Source: an uncultured Actinomycetes bacterium
Lineage (GTDB): Bacteria > Actinomycetota > Thermoleophilia > UBA2241
Assembly (NCBI GenBank): GCA_963755025.1
Contig: CAVWIH010000014.1
Location: 320,001-384,000 of the forward strand
Direction: 5' to 3'
DNA length: 64,000 bases
A program made the translations under genes and the position numbers. The notes under the pieces were generated by a model that ran no database searches, was not told the origin of the DNA, and saw only the letters and a list, made by a program, of their open reading frames with translations. Below, in pieces: positions 20,344 to 30,145 of this stretch. Within the stretch, counting starts at the first letter, position 1; every line of letters starts with the position of its first letter.

Positions 20344-20522
20344 GGTCCCCCCGGTACGTTCGACTCCTCAAGTCCCACCGATTCTACTCCTTTGGTAAGA
20401 CGGCGAAAGCACGCAGCCCTCACTCGGCCACGCGGGCGGGACTGCCTGCTGGGCCACGCCTGCGCGACACCGCCCACGGTGATACGCTCAGCCGTCCGAC
20501 CACCCCGCCGAAGCGAGGCCCG

Positions 20523-20696
20523 ATGGAGCCGCTCACCATCACCCTGACGATGGCCAGGGAGACCAAGAACACGGTGCGTTACGAGGAACCCGAGACAGAC
20601 CAGCCGATGGTGATCGGCACGCTCTACGTTCACAAATGGGCGGTCAAGCGCCTCGCAGACCCGCAGACCATCACCGTCACGATCGCACCGGCCTGA
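20523..20696 (+). CDS. Small hypothetical protein (57 aa)
   Basis: GAGG RBS; MEPLTITLTMARETKNTVRYEE...IGTLYVHKWAV...ITVTIAPA. Confidence 0.7.
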   Translation: MEPLTITLTMARETKNTVRYEEPETDQPMVIGTLYVHKWAVKRLADPQTITVTIAPA

Positions 20697-20754
20697 AGGC
20701 CGCACCCGATACGAGCCCGCGTACGCCGGCCGCGTTCGCGCTGCGCCGACGCTC

Positions 20755-21405
20755 GTGAACAGCCTGCTCGCCGGCCTTCTCGTGCCGGCTCTCGCCATCG
20801 CCGTGAACCCGGTGCCGATCGTCGCCGTCGTGACGCTGCTCTCCGGCGACCACGGGCGCCGCAACGCCTTCACCTTTCTCGCCGCGATGGTGGTCGTCAT
20901 GCTCACGCTCGGCGTCCTGACCATCTTCGTGCTGGGCAGCGAGTCGGCGCGCAGCTCCGCGACTACCGCGCAGGCCGCCGCCCAGACGTTGTTCGGCCTT
21001 GTCTTTCTGGCGCTCTTCGTGGCGCAGTGGCGGGCCCGGCCCAGGCGCACCGAAGAACCTCCGGGCTGGATGCGCCTGATCGACAAGGCGGGCCTGGGCG
21101 CGGCCGTCGTGCTGGCCTTCGCCCTCACCAACTACGCGCTGCTCTCCGCGGGCGCCGGCGAGATCCGTACGTCCGGGGCGAGCGCTCCCGAGCAAGCCAC
21201 GGCGCTCGCCTTCTTCATCGCCGTCGCCGTGTCGACCGTCGCCACGCCGCTGGTCCTCTACCTCGTGCGCCCCGTTTGGGCGCGCGAGCAGCTCGGCCGG
21301 CTGCAGGATTGGCTCACCCGGTACGACCGCGTCATCCTGATGATCGTCTTCGGGGTGATGGGCGTGCTCTTCACCGCGCAGGGCGCGGCCGGCCTGCTGC
21401 ACTGA
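20755..21405 (+). CDS. GAP/SfLAP-family (glycolipid-addressing) membrane protein
   Basis: LAIAVNPVPIVAVVTLL N-terminus, PPGW, LxxWL; 6 TM segments. Confidence 0.85.
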   Translation: MNSLLAGLLVPALAIAVNPVPIVAVVTLLSGDHGRRNAFTFLAAMVVVMLTLGVLTIFVLGSESARSSATTAQAAAQTLFGLVFLALFVAQWRARPRRTEEPPGWMRLIDKAGLGAAVVLAFALTNYALLSAGAGEIRTSGASAPEQATALAFFIAVAVSTVATPLVLYLVRPVWAREQLGRLQDWLTRYDRVILMIVFGVMGVLFTAQGAAGLLH

Positions 21406-21485
21406 GAACGGAGCGGCAGCCGGCGCCGCGGCCCGCGCCGGCGCCGGATCGCGGCACCCGCCCTCGGCGCCGCAACGCCTGCTCT

Positions 21486-22928
21486 TCAGTCGCGCAGCAG
21501 CTTGAGGTCGCCCTCGAGGATCTCGCGCATCGCCTCGCGACGCTCGGAGACGAGCTCGTCGACCGCGGCGGCAAAGGTCGACCAGGGCGGCTCGCCGGGC
21601 TTGATCACGCTCCGCACGTGGGCGGCGAAGGCCTCGCCGCCGGGCGTCGGCTTGACCGCCTCGACCGCGATCGACCACGCGGAAGGCGTGGCCAGCTGCT
21701 GACAGATGCGCAGCGAGACGACGTCGAGCTCGTCGCTCACCAGCACGACGGCGCCGCCCATGAGGGGCTGAGGCACCACGTGGTCGACCACCCAGCCGCC
21801 GGTGTTGACGACGCGCATGCCGCCCGCCGGCCAGCCGGGATCGCTCCACCACTGGCTGAACGGCTTGTGCGTGTGGCCCACCACCATGGTCACGTCGCCG
21901 GGCAGGGGGCGGTCCCACTCCCGGGCGAAGCTGTGGCGCACGGCGGACAGGTAACCCGCCAGGCCGTGGCGCGAGCCGGCGGTGATGACCTCATCGGTGC
22001 GGTCGCGCTCGCGCTCGTGCAAGCGCGCCGCCACGATGTGGCCGGCGGCCCGGCGTATGCCCCAGCCCTCCAGTCTGGCAAGCAGCGGGTTCTGCCGTTT
22101 GGTGACGGTCACGGCCAGGCCGCCGAGCATGGTCTGCACGGCGCGCGGGTCCTGCATGGAGTCATAGAGCTTCTCGATCAGGGCGCCGGCGCGCGACGAG
22201 CGGCCCATCGAACCCCAGAAGAAATCGACCCAGGCCCAGTTCTCGCGCTCGATCTCGTCGACGTCGGCGAGCGGCGGAGTCGACGGCTCAGCCACGCGCG
22301 CCATGGCCGAGAAGAGCGTGCCCACGCGTTCCATGTAGTGACCGTGCGTGATCAGCACGGCGCGCCCGCCGTCGGGCGACGTCAGGGCCAGCACCGGGTA
22401 CACGACGCGGATCCTTGCGGGCGTCGACGTGCGCAGGTAGTCGAGCGCCGCTTCGAGCAGGGGCGCCTCGTAGTGGGGCGGCCGCTCGAGGAACATCGAC
22501 GAGGTGTGCCACGACGTCGGGCCCTCCTCGATGGGCATGCCCGAACGCAGGTAGTCGACCGCGAGGCGCTCGCGGCTGAGCTCCCAGAGATGATGGTCGT
22601 GGTTACCCGGAATGAAGATGGCGTCGTGGGCCACGACCGGCGCTCCGTCGCCGGCGAGCGCGTCGACGAACTGCGCCACCACGGGCAGGCTCAGCGACGG
22701 CGAGGCCAGCGACAGCTCGACGAGGTCGCCGGCGGCGATCAAGGTGGGCAGCTCGCCGCCTTCGTTGCCCGACACGATGCTCCGCAGACAGTCGACCAGC
22801 GCGGTCATGACGGGGCTCGAACGGCGCGCGTCGGCCAGCGTCGTGCCCTGCTGCAGGCGGGTGAGGATGCTGTTCTCGGCCCCGAAATGCAGGTCTGAAA
22901 GGACGATGTAGCGCACCTGGCCGGCCAA
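21486..22928 (-). CDS. Calcineurin-like metallophosphoesterase
   Basis: SDLHFG, AGDLVE, PGNHDH, THGH, GHTH, NTGGW; TTG start after GGGAGG. Confidence 0.9.
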   Translation of the reverse strand: MAGQVRYIVLSDLHFGAENSILTRLQQGTTLADARRSSPVMTALVDCLRSIVSGNEGGELPTLIAAGDLVELSLASPSLSLPVVAQFVDALAGDGAPVVAHDAIFIPGNHDHHLWELSRERLAVDYLRSGMPIEEGPTSWHTSSMFLERPPHYEAPLLEAALDYLRTSTPARIRVVYPVLALTSPDGGRAVLITHGHYMERVGTLFSAMARVAEPSTPPLADVDEIERENWAWVDFFWGSMGRSSRAGALIEKLYDSMQDPRAVQTMLGGLAVTVTKRQNPLLARLEGWGIRRAAGHIVAARLHERERDRTDEVITAGSRHGLAGYLSAVRHSFAREWDRPLPGDVTMVVGHTHKPFSQWWSDPGWPAGGMRVVNTGGWVVDHVVPQPLMGGAVVLVSDELDVVSLRICQQLATPSAWSIAVEAVKPTPGGEAFAAHVRSVIKPGEPPWSTFAAAVDELVSERREAMREILEGDLKLLRD

Positions 22929-23076
22929 TTGCTCGCGCCTCCCTCGAAACGACCCCACGCGCGCTCGGCCCCGGTCACGGGCAGGGCGCGCACTCGCGAA
23001 GCGCGCGCCACTCGATCGGTGCGCGCTCCTCACACGTGAACGCTACATCGAACGAACGGCGCGACTCAAAGGAGAA

Positions 23077-23104
23077 GCACAGGAAACGCTCAGGGACTCT
23101 TCAG
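23077..23104 (+). promoter_or_regulatory. Putative MprA/OmpR-like direct-repeat box upstream of the HtrA-like gene
   Basis: gcacag-N5-gctcag-N5-cttcag at 11-bp period. Confidence 0.4.
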
Positions 23105-23219
23105 TGCGGCCGGTTACAACCGTAGCGAGGCAGAAGAGCACACCGGGCCGAGGGCCGCGCGGGCGATCGCACGACGCGGTGCTCCTTGCGGTGATCAACA
23201 TCGAAGCTACGGAGGCACC

Positions 23220-24890
23220 ATGTCAGATCGATCGTCGCCGGGCGGGCCGTACGACAGGCTCGATCCCGACGAAGCGCGCACGACACGAATAGACTTCGGT
23301 CAAACGCCGGCGGGCGCGCCCAACACCCCCTGGAGCGCCCCGCAAGGCGACTGGGGCTCCCCGATACCCGAGGCGCCCACGCCGGGCGGCCGGGCCGCCG
23401 TGCCCACGTCGGGCGCCGTCGGCTGGGGCGCACCGTCGCCCGAGGCCGGCTGGACGCCGCTGCCGGGCGGCGGCTGGCGGCCGCCGCAGGGCAGCGACGC
23501 GACCTTCATCGCGCCGCCGCGTCAGGGCTTCGACCCTCCGCGGCCGCCCGACGACGGCGTGGCGGCCCCCTACTACCCAGAGGGTGGCGCGCCGCGCCGT
23601 AAGCATCGCCTGGCGCGTGTCGGAGCGACCGCGCTGCTGGTCGTCGCGGGCACGTTCCTGGGCGTCGCCATCAGCCACGACTTCTGGCAGTCCCACCCCA
23701 CCACGACGGCGCAGGCGCAACCCGCCGGCGGCTCCGGTTCGAGCTCCACGGGCGGCTCGACCATCGGCAACGGCAGCTCCGGATCGAGCGGCTCGTCGTT
23801 CGGCAACGGCTCCGGTTCCGGTTCCGGTAGCTCCCCGTTCGGCAGCGGCGACGGCTCGTCGTCGGGCGGCTCGTCGTCGGGCGGTTCGTCGAGCTCGGCC
23901 GCCGGCGCACCGAGCAACCAGAGCGCGATCGCCGCGGCGGTCGACCCCGCCCTGGTCGACATCAACGTCACGCTGGGCTACCAGTCCGGTCAGGCGGCGG
24001 CTACGGGCATCGTCCTCAACTCGTCCGGCCTCGTGCTCACCAACAACCACGTGGTCGACGGCGCGACCGCCATCACCGCTACCGACGTGGGTAACGGCAA
24101 GACCTACACGGCCACGGTGCTGGGCTACGATCGCAGCCACGACATCGCCCTCATCCAACTGCAGAACGCCTCTGGCCTGAAGTCGGCGCAGCTCGGCGAC
24201 TCCTCCAAGATCTCGGTCGGCGACGCGGTCGTCGCCCTGGGTAACGCCGGCGGCGTGGGCGGCACGCCCAGCGCAGCGGGTGGTTCCCTGGTCGCCCTGA
24301 ACCAGCAGATCACGGCGGGCGACGAGACGTCGGGCAGCTCCGAGCAGCTGAGCGGCATGATCCAGACCAACGCCGCGATCGAGCCCGGAGACTCCGGCGG
24401 ACCGCTGGTCAACGCCTCCGGACAGGTGATCGGCATCGACTCGGCCGGCGGCTCGAGCAGCGACGGCTTCGGCACCTCGCAGACCACCCAGGGCTTCGCC
24501 GTGCCGGTGAACACGGCGATGGCGATCGTCAACGAGATCCAGACGAACACGACGTCGGCCACGGTGCACATCGGCGCGACGGCCTTCCTGGGCGTCGGTC
24601 TCGAGTCGGCGAGCGACCAGAGCGGCTTCGGTTTCGGCGGCGGTTCCGGCTCGTCGACCTCGGGCGCGCTCATCGCCAGCGTGGTCTCCGGGGCGCCGGC
24701 GGCGCAGGCCGGCCTGGCAGCGGGCGACACCATCGTCTCGCTCGACGGCCACGCCGTCGATTCGCCGACGACGCTGAGCACGCTGATGGGCAGCCTCCAC
24801 CCCGGCGACAAGGTGTCGATCGGCTGGACCGACACGTCGGGCGCCCAGCACACGACCACCGTGACTCTGGCCAGCGGACCGGCCGCCTGA
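23220..24890 (+). CDS. Membrane-anchored HtrA/DegP-type serine protease with PDZ domain
   Basis: TM segment, Gly/Ser linker, TNNHVV, HDIA, PGDSGG triad, C-terminal PDZ (FLGV...AGLAAGD). Confidence 0.93.
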   Translation: MSDRSSPGGPYDRLDPDEARTTRIDFGQTPAGAPNTPWSAPQGDWGSPIPEAPTPGGRAAVPTSGAVGWGAPSPEAGWTPLPGGGWRPPQGSDATFIAPPRQGFDPPRPPDDGVAAPYYPEGGAPRRKHRLARVGATALLVVAGTFLGVAISHDFWQSHPTTTAQAQPAGGSGSSSTGGSTIGNGSSGSSGSSFGNGSGSGSGSSPFGSGDGSSSGGSSSGGSSSSAAGAPSNQSAIAAAVDPALVDINVTLGYQSGQAAATGIVLNSSGLVLTNNHVVDGATAITATDVGNGKTYTATVLGYDRSHDIALIQLQNASGLKSAQLGDSSKISVGDAVVALGNAGGVGGTPSAAGGSLVALNQQITAGDETSGSSEQLSGMIQTNAAIEPGDSGGPLVNASGQVIGIDSAGGSSSDGFGTSQTTQGFAVPVNTAMAIVNEIQTNTTSATVHIGATAFLGVGLESASDQSGFGFGGGSGSSTSGALIASVVSGAPAAQAGLAAGDTIVSLDGHAVDSPTTLSTLMGSLHPGDKVSIGWTDTSGAQHTTTVTLASGPAA

Positions 24891-25045
24891 GGCCAGCGAC
24901 CACCCGGCCCGAGCCGGCTGCAGATCAGGCAAACCGGCGCCCCCGTCGCACCATGCGGCGGGGGCGCCGGCGCGTGAGCCGGGGCCCGTCCCAAAGGGTG
25001 CTGGGTGGCTCAGGAGCGCGGAGGGCCGCTGCGTGAGGTCTCGCC

Positions 25046-25995
25046 CTACTCCTCGCCGTCCCAGTAGGCGGCCCGCTCGAAGCGGCCCACGACACCGAGG
25101 CTCAGGAGGGCGATCTTGCCCGAACGCGGGTACCACGTGACGTCGTCTGTGTCGCGGTTGCCGTAGGCGAGGTAGGTCAGGCCGTCCGGGCCGCCGCGCA
25201 AGGCGTGGGCGATGCCGGTGCCGGCCGCCACGCTCAAGACATCGCCCTGCTTGACGGCGTGTTCCTGAGGCTGCCAGCCGGCGACCCCGGCCGCCTGGTC
25301 GAGGTACGCGCCGCTACCGGCGAGCACGACGAACAGCTCTTCGCAGCCGCTGTGGCAGTGTGGCGGCGGGCCCGTCTTGCCGTCGGGGAGCTCGAAGAGC
25401 CGCAGGTTCGTGCGCTGCGCCCCGGCCGCGAGACCGAGCTCGCGGCGAGAGCACACGGAGTCGCCGTGCTCCCAGCGAGTGAGCTCCACGTCGGCGGCGC
25501 GCACGATCGAGTCGGGCCGCGACGACGGCTCCGGCATCTCGAGGTCGCCCACGGCGGCCTCCTGGGCGAAGGGGTGATCGGTCTCGCCGGCCTTGACCCA
25601 GCTGGCGCCCAGCCACGCCACCCGGGCGCGCGGCAGGTAACAGGCTTCCGAGGCCGTACGCTCGCCGAAGGCCAGTACATCGAGCCCGTCGGGCCCGGCG
25701 ATGAGGGTGTGGGCCGGCCCGTCGATGCGGTGCACGAGGCAGTCGCCGACCTCTATGCGATGCGTCGCGCTGGCCTGCCAGCTCAGTCCCGAGCCGGCCA
25801 GCACGTAGAAGATCTCCTCTTCGCCGCTGTGGGTATGGGCCGGCGTCGAGCGCTTGCCCGGCTCTATCTCGAACCGCCGCAGGCCCACCTTGCGCGTGCC
25901 GGCGGCCAAGCCGAGGTCGCGACACGTGGAGTCGAGGGGCCCCACCGTGATCCGTCTGCCCTGCACGTCGTCCCAGTTGACCGCAACTACCTCAT
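25046..25995 (-). CDS. Tandem (bi)cupin-domain protein; start uncertain
   Basis: Two cupin motifs (PAHTHSGEEEIFYV; PPHCHSGCEELFVV). The ATG at 25995 with a good RBS is out of frame, so there may be an indel near the start. Confidence 0.85.
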
Positions 25996-26118
25996 AGTCT
26001 CCCCTTCCCGAGACCGGCGTCGGCCTCGCTCGGACGCCGGCGGCCCGCGGCGACGCTCTCACCGCCGCGCGATTGTACGTCGTCGCCGCGACGGCCGCGC
26101 CTGCAGTACGATAGCCGC

Positions 26119-26940
26119 GTGGACGACCCGACGGGCGCATACGAGGAGCTGCGGTTCGCCTACGCACGCACGGCCACCACCGACACGCTGCGCATGGCCG
26201 CGACGCGGCACCACATTCCGGTGCTTGCCGAGATCGACGTCACCGCGGCTCGCGAAGCCCTCGGCCGCCACGATCGACAGGGCGACGACTTCTCGTTCAC
26301 GGCCTGGGCCGTGAAGTGCATCGCCCAGGCGGCCTGCGAACACGGTCGCATCCACGCCGTGCGCCACGGGCGCCGCAAGCTGGTGGTCTTCGCCGACGTC
26401 GATGTCGCGCTCGCGGTGTACCGGCGCCTCGACGGCGACGGCGCCGACGAGCGGCTGCCCATGCCCTACGTGGTGCGGCGCGCCCAAGCCAAAGACGTCG
26501 GCGAGCTCAGCCGCGAGATCCGCAACGCCCAGACGCGGCCGCTGGCCCCCGGCAAGCAGTGGCTCGATGGCATGACGCCGCCGCCGTGGCTGCTGCGTCT
26601 CGGCTTCGCCGCGCCGTTTCACCTGCGCAAGTGGCTTTATTGGGATCGCCTGCTACGCGACCCCTGGAGAATGAAGCGCACGATGGGCACGGTCATGGTC
26701 ACCTCGGTGCCTCTCGCGAGCCGCTCGGGCGGCGGCGCCTGGGCGATCCCGGCCGGCGTGCACCCGCTCACCGTGGCCCTCGGCGCGGTGGGCCGCCGCC
26801 CGCCGTCGGCGGAGGGCGGCGCCGCCCGCGAGCTGCTCAGCGTGACCGTGCTCTTCGACCACGACGTGGTCGATGGCCTGCCGGTCGCGCTCTTCCTGCG
26901 GCGCCTGAGTGCACTGATGGAGAGCGCATCCGCGCTCTGA
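26119..26940 (+). CDS. Standalone 2-oxoacid dehydrogenase E2/CAT-like acyltransferase catalytic domain
   Basis: EIDVT, GTVMVTS, FDHDVVDG catalytic His motif; no lipoyl domain. Confidence 0.88.
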   Translation: MDDPTGAYEELRFAYARTATTDTLRMAATRHHIPVLAEIDVTAAREALGRHDRQGDDFSFTAWAVKCIAQAACEHGRIHAVRHGRRKLVVFADVDVALAVYRRLDGDGADERLPMPYVVRRAQAKDVGELSREIRNAQTRPLAPGKQWLDGMTPPPWLLRLGFAAPFHLRKWLYWDRLLRDPWRMKRTMGTVMVTSVPLASRSGGGAWAIPAGVHPLTVALGAVGRRPPSAEGGAARELLSVTVLFDHDVVDGLPVALFLRRLSALMESASAL

Positions 26941-27006
26941 CCGGGCGCCGTCGATGGCCCAGGCGTCCCGTGCCATCGGGTTCCCGCAGGGCGCGAACAC
27001 GTTGCG

Positions 27007-27348
27007 CTACGCGCTGCGCCCCAGGCCCTGCTCCTCCTCGATCGTCAGCTCGGCCAGGGGGTCTGCCTGCAGCCGTCCGTCGGGGATGGGGCGTCCGCTC
27101 TCGATCGAGCGGCCGTAGGTGCCCGCCGCGAGCCGCTCTTCGGCGCGCTCGAGTGCCGCGAGGCGCTCGTCCAAGTCGTCCTGCGACCCCTCCGCGTACT
27201 CGAGCTCGGTCAGGTCCGACGCCTGGTCGGGCGGCTGGTCCTCGTTAGAGAGCTCGCGCCCGCGTTCGGCCTCGCGCGAGTCGGCCAGAGCCTGCTCGAT
27301 GCGCCGCCGTTCGGCGGCCAGGAGCTCTCGTGCGCGCTGTGCGTCCAT
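27007..27348 (-). CDS. DksA/TraR-like protein lacking the zinc-finger cysteines
   Basis: Coiled coil with a DQPPDQASD tip, then GTYGRSIESGRPIPDGRLQADP. Confidence 0.85.
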   Translation of the reverse strand: MDAQRARELLAAERRRIEQALADSREAERGRELSNEDQPPDQASDLTELEYAEGSQDDLDERLAALERAEERLAAGTYGRSIESGRPIPDGRLQADPLAELTIEEEQGLGRSA

Positions 27349-27550
27349 GGTCCTCCCTTCAGATAAGCCGCTTGCGTCACTCCCGCTGCTGGCGAGGTTC
27401 CCGGGACGGCAGACTCCCAAGCGGCCCGCCACCTCAAGCGGCGCGCTACCCTGGGCGACGCGTTGCCCGGGCGGCGTCATGCATTACGCCTGCGGCATAC
27501 GGCCGCGCCGGTACCGTTTTTGAAGACGTTTCCCGCGAAAGGGCACCGCA

Positions 27551-29239
27551 TTGCCGGCAGCACCCCCCACACCGTCACCGCAAGCGCCGCTGATCGTCGT
27601 CGTCGACGACAGCAGCGAAGATCTGCGGTCACTGCGTGACGAGCTCGCGCGGCGCTTCGGCCCAGACTTTGAGGTCGTCGCCCGGCGCAGCGCCGGGGCG
27701 GCCGTCGCGGCGCTCGAAAAATCGCTCACCAGAGGGCGCGAGGTCGCCCTGGTCATCGCCGACATGTGGATGGACGAGATGACCGGCGTCGAGTTCCTGG
27801 CGCGGTCGCGCCATATCTACCCCGACGCCAGGAGGGCTCTCATCTGGTCGTACGGCGACATGCGCGCCCTCGAGCCCCTCTACCGGTCGATGGCCCTGGG
27901 CGGCATAGACGACTACCTCACGAGGCCCTGGATACCGGTGGAGCACGGGCTGTACCGACCCGTCGGAGAGCTGCTCGGCGACTGGACCAGGGCCAACCGG
28001 CCGCGCTTTGAAGCCATCCGCATGGTGGGCGACGAGAGCTCGCGCCGCTGTCACGAGATCAGGGACCGCCTGGCGCCGTTCAACCTCACCGTGGGGTTCG
28101 TCGCCGCCGACTCAGACGACGGACGGCGGCTGCTCGATACAGCCGGCGTCGCCGCCGGGCGGCTGCCGGTGTTGTTCCTGTACGACGGCAGGGTCCTGGT
28201 CGACCCGAGCGACGTCGAGATCGCCAACGCTCTCGGCGGCACGACCCGCGCCCGCGCGGGAGTCTGCGACGTGGCGGTGGTCGGCGCCGGACCGGCGGGC
28301 CTGGCCGCAGCCGTCTACGGCGCCACCGAGGGCCTCGACACCATCGTGATCGAACGCGAGGCGCTCGGCGGCCAGGCCGGGTCGACGTCGATGATCCGCA
28401 ACTACCTGGGCTTTCCGCGCGGCGTCACCGGGGCCGACCTGACCGCACGCGCCTACGACCAGTCGCTGCTTTTCGGGGCGGAGTTCATCTTCGGCAACGA
28501 GGTCGTGGACCTGCGCCCGCGTGACGGCCACTTCGCGCTGTCGCTCAGCGAGGGCGGCGAGCTTGCCGCCCGCGCGGTCGTGCTCGCCACCGGCGTGGCC
28601 TACCGGCGGCTCGGCATTGCCGCGCTCGAGTCGCTCGTGGGGGCCGGAGTGTTCTACGGGGCCGCCGTGACCGAGGCCAGCGCCCTGCGCGGCCAGCACG
28701 TGTTCGTCGTAGGCGGCGCCAACTCCGCCGGTCAGGCCGCGGTCTACCTGGCGCGCTTTGCCGAACGGGTCACCGTCCTGGTGCGTGGCAACGCCCTGGC
28801 CGACACCATGTCGGCGTACCTCATACGTCAGGTCGAGATCGCCCCCAACATCTACGTGCGCTGCAACGCCGAGGTCGTGGACGGGCACGGGCACGGCCGG
28901 CTCGAGTCGCTCACGGTGCGGGACCGTCGCTCGGGACGGACGACCGAAGAGCCCGCCGTCGCCCTGTTCGTGCTGATCGGCGCCGAGCCCCACACTGAGT
29001 GGCTGCCGGCCGAGATCGCTCGCGACGAGTGGGGCTTTGTGCTGACCGGCCGTGACCTGGCCGGCGACGGCCTCTCGCCGCGGTGGGCGACCGCCCGGGC
29101 GCCCCTGTTCCTCGAGAGCAGCATGCCCGGCGTCTTTGCCACCGGCGACGTGCGGCACCGTTCGGTCAAACGAGTGTCGTCGGCGGTGGGCGACGGGGCC
29201 ATCGCCATCGCCCTGGTCCACGAGTACCTGGCCGCCTGA
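27551..29239 (+). CDS. Response-regulator receiver fused to a thioredoxin-reductase-like FAD oxidoreductase
   Basis: VVDD...IADMWM receiver; GAGPAG, GGANSAGQ, ATGDVR...KRVSSAVGDG; CxxC absent (FYGAAVTEA). Confidence 0.92.
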   Translation: MPAAPPTPSPQAPLIVVVDDSSEDLRSLRDELARRFGPDFEVVARRSAGAAVAALEKSLTRGREVALVIADMWMDEMTGVEFLARSRHIYPDARRALIWSYGDMRALEPLYRSMALGGIDDYLTRPWIPVEHGLYRPVGELLGDWTRANRPRFEAIRMVGDESSRRCHEIRDRLAPFNLTVGFVAADSDDGRRLLDTAGVAAGRLPVLFLYDGRVLVDPSDVEIANALGGTTRARAGVCDVAVVGAGPAGLAAAVYGATEGLDTIVIEREALGGQAGSTSMIRNYLGFPRGVTGADLTARAYDQSLLFGAEFIFGNEVVDLRPRDGHFALSLSEGGELAARAVVLATGVAYRRLGIAALESLVGAGVFYGAAVTEASALRGQHVFVVGGANSAGQAAVYLARFAERVTVLVRGNALADTMSAYLIRQVEIAPNIYVRCNAEVVDGHGHGRLESLTVRDRRSGRTTEEPAVALFVLIGAEPHTEWLPAEIARDEWGFVLTGRDLAGDGLSPRWATARAPLFLESSMPGVFATGDVRHRSVKRVSSAVGDGAIAIALVHEYLAA

Positions 29240-29261
29240 CGCAGGGCCGGCGCCGCGGCTC

Positions 29262-29996
29262 TCAGGAGTAGAGGCGTGTCGCCCGCCAGGGCCGTTCGTC
29301 GCGAAAGTCGAGGTAGCTGGTGCGCTCGATGAGCAGCGCACCGGTGCCCAGGAACGGCCCCGGTATGTGGCCCCGGTGAAGCCGGATCGACTCGTAATGC
29401 AGCGGCGCGACGGCGACCGCCTGGCGGTGCGCCGAGTTGGCGTGCCACAGCTCAGGGCCGTCGGGCCGCGAGAACAGGACGAGGTTGCCGAAGCGCCCAT
29501 GCTCGGCGCCGAGGTCGTAATAGCTGAGCAGGCCGAGCGCGGCGTAGTCGGCGAACGTCTCGGCCAGCCTGGCTTCGAGATCGAACAGGATGGTGTGATC
29601 GACCCCCTGACGGAGCTGGCCGAAGAAGCCGACCGCGGTGACGTCGCGCGCCTCGACCAGGGCGACCGAGTCGGGCGCCACGAGCAGCTGCCGGCGGTCG
29701 TCGTCGGCGCGTTCGCTCACCCGGGGGCCGGTCGCGTTCTCGACGACCCAGGTCCGGGCGGCAGCGCGCTCGCGGGCCAGCATGTCGGCCATGAGCGGTA
29801 TATCGGAACGGCTCGCCGCCAGACGCGCGAACTCGTGCCCGCCGCGAGGTTCGCGGGGTCCCAGCCCCGGGGTGGGCTCGTACGCCGAAGTCGGCGCCGG
29901 CGGGGGGCCCGGAACGACCCGGCGGGAACCGGCCACCGTGGCGTCCTGCTCGGGCGCGGGGCGATGTCTCCTGGACACCTGCGACCTCCTCTTCAC
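29262..29996 (-). CDS. Hypothetical protein; start uncertain
   Basis: C-terminal ~190 aa has coding-like codon bias (VGFFGQ, LLSYY, GNLVLF, WH...H, YESIRLH). Confidence 0.7.
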   Translation of the reverse strand: MKRRSQVSRRHRPAPEQDATVAGSRRVVPGPPPAPTSAYEPTPGLGPREPRGGHEFARLAASRSDIPLMADMLARERAAARTWVVENATGPRVSERADDDRRQLLVAPDSVALVEARDVTAVGFFGQLRQGVDHTILFDLEARLAETFADYAALGLLSYYDLGAEHGRFGNLVLFSRPDGPELWHANSAHRQAVAVAPLHYESIRLHRGHIPGPFLGTGALLIERTSYLDFRDERPWRATRLYS

Positions 29997-30145
29997 CGCG
30001 CAGCCATCGGCTGCGCACTAGGAGTATCCCACCACCGGCCCGTGACCCAGACTGATGGGAACGCCGAAAAGACCGGGCGCCGTCGCCGCGCGCGGTACCA
30101 TGCGCGTAGCGACTCCGCCGTGCGTCCGCGACCGCGAAGGAGCTT

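Noticed and set aside
23725-23900. GGS/SSG nucleotide repeats
   Set aside because: Ordinary Gly/Ser linker of the HtrA-like protease.
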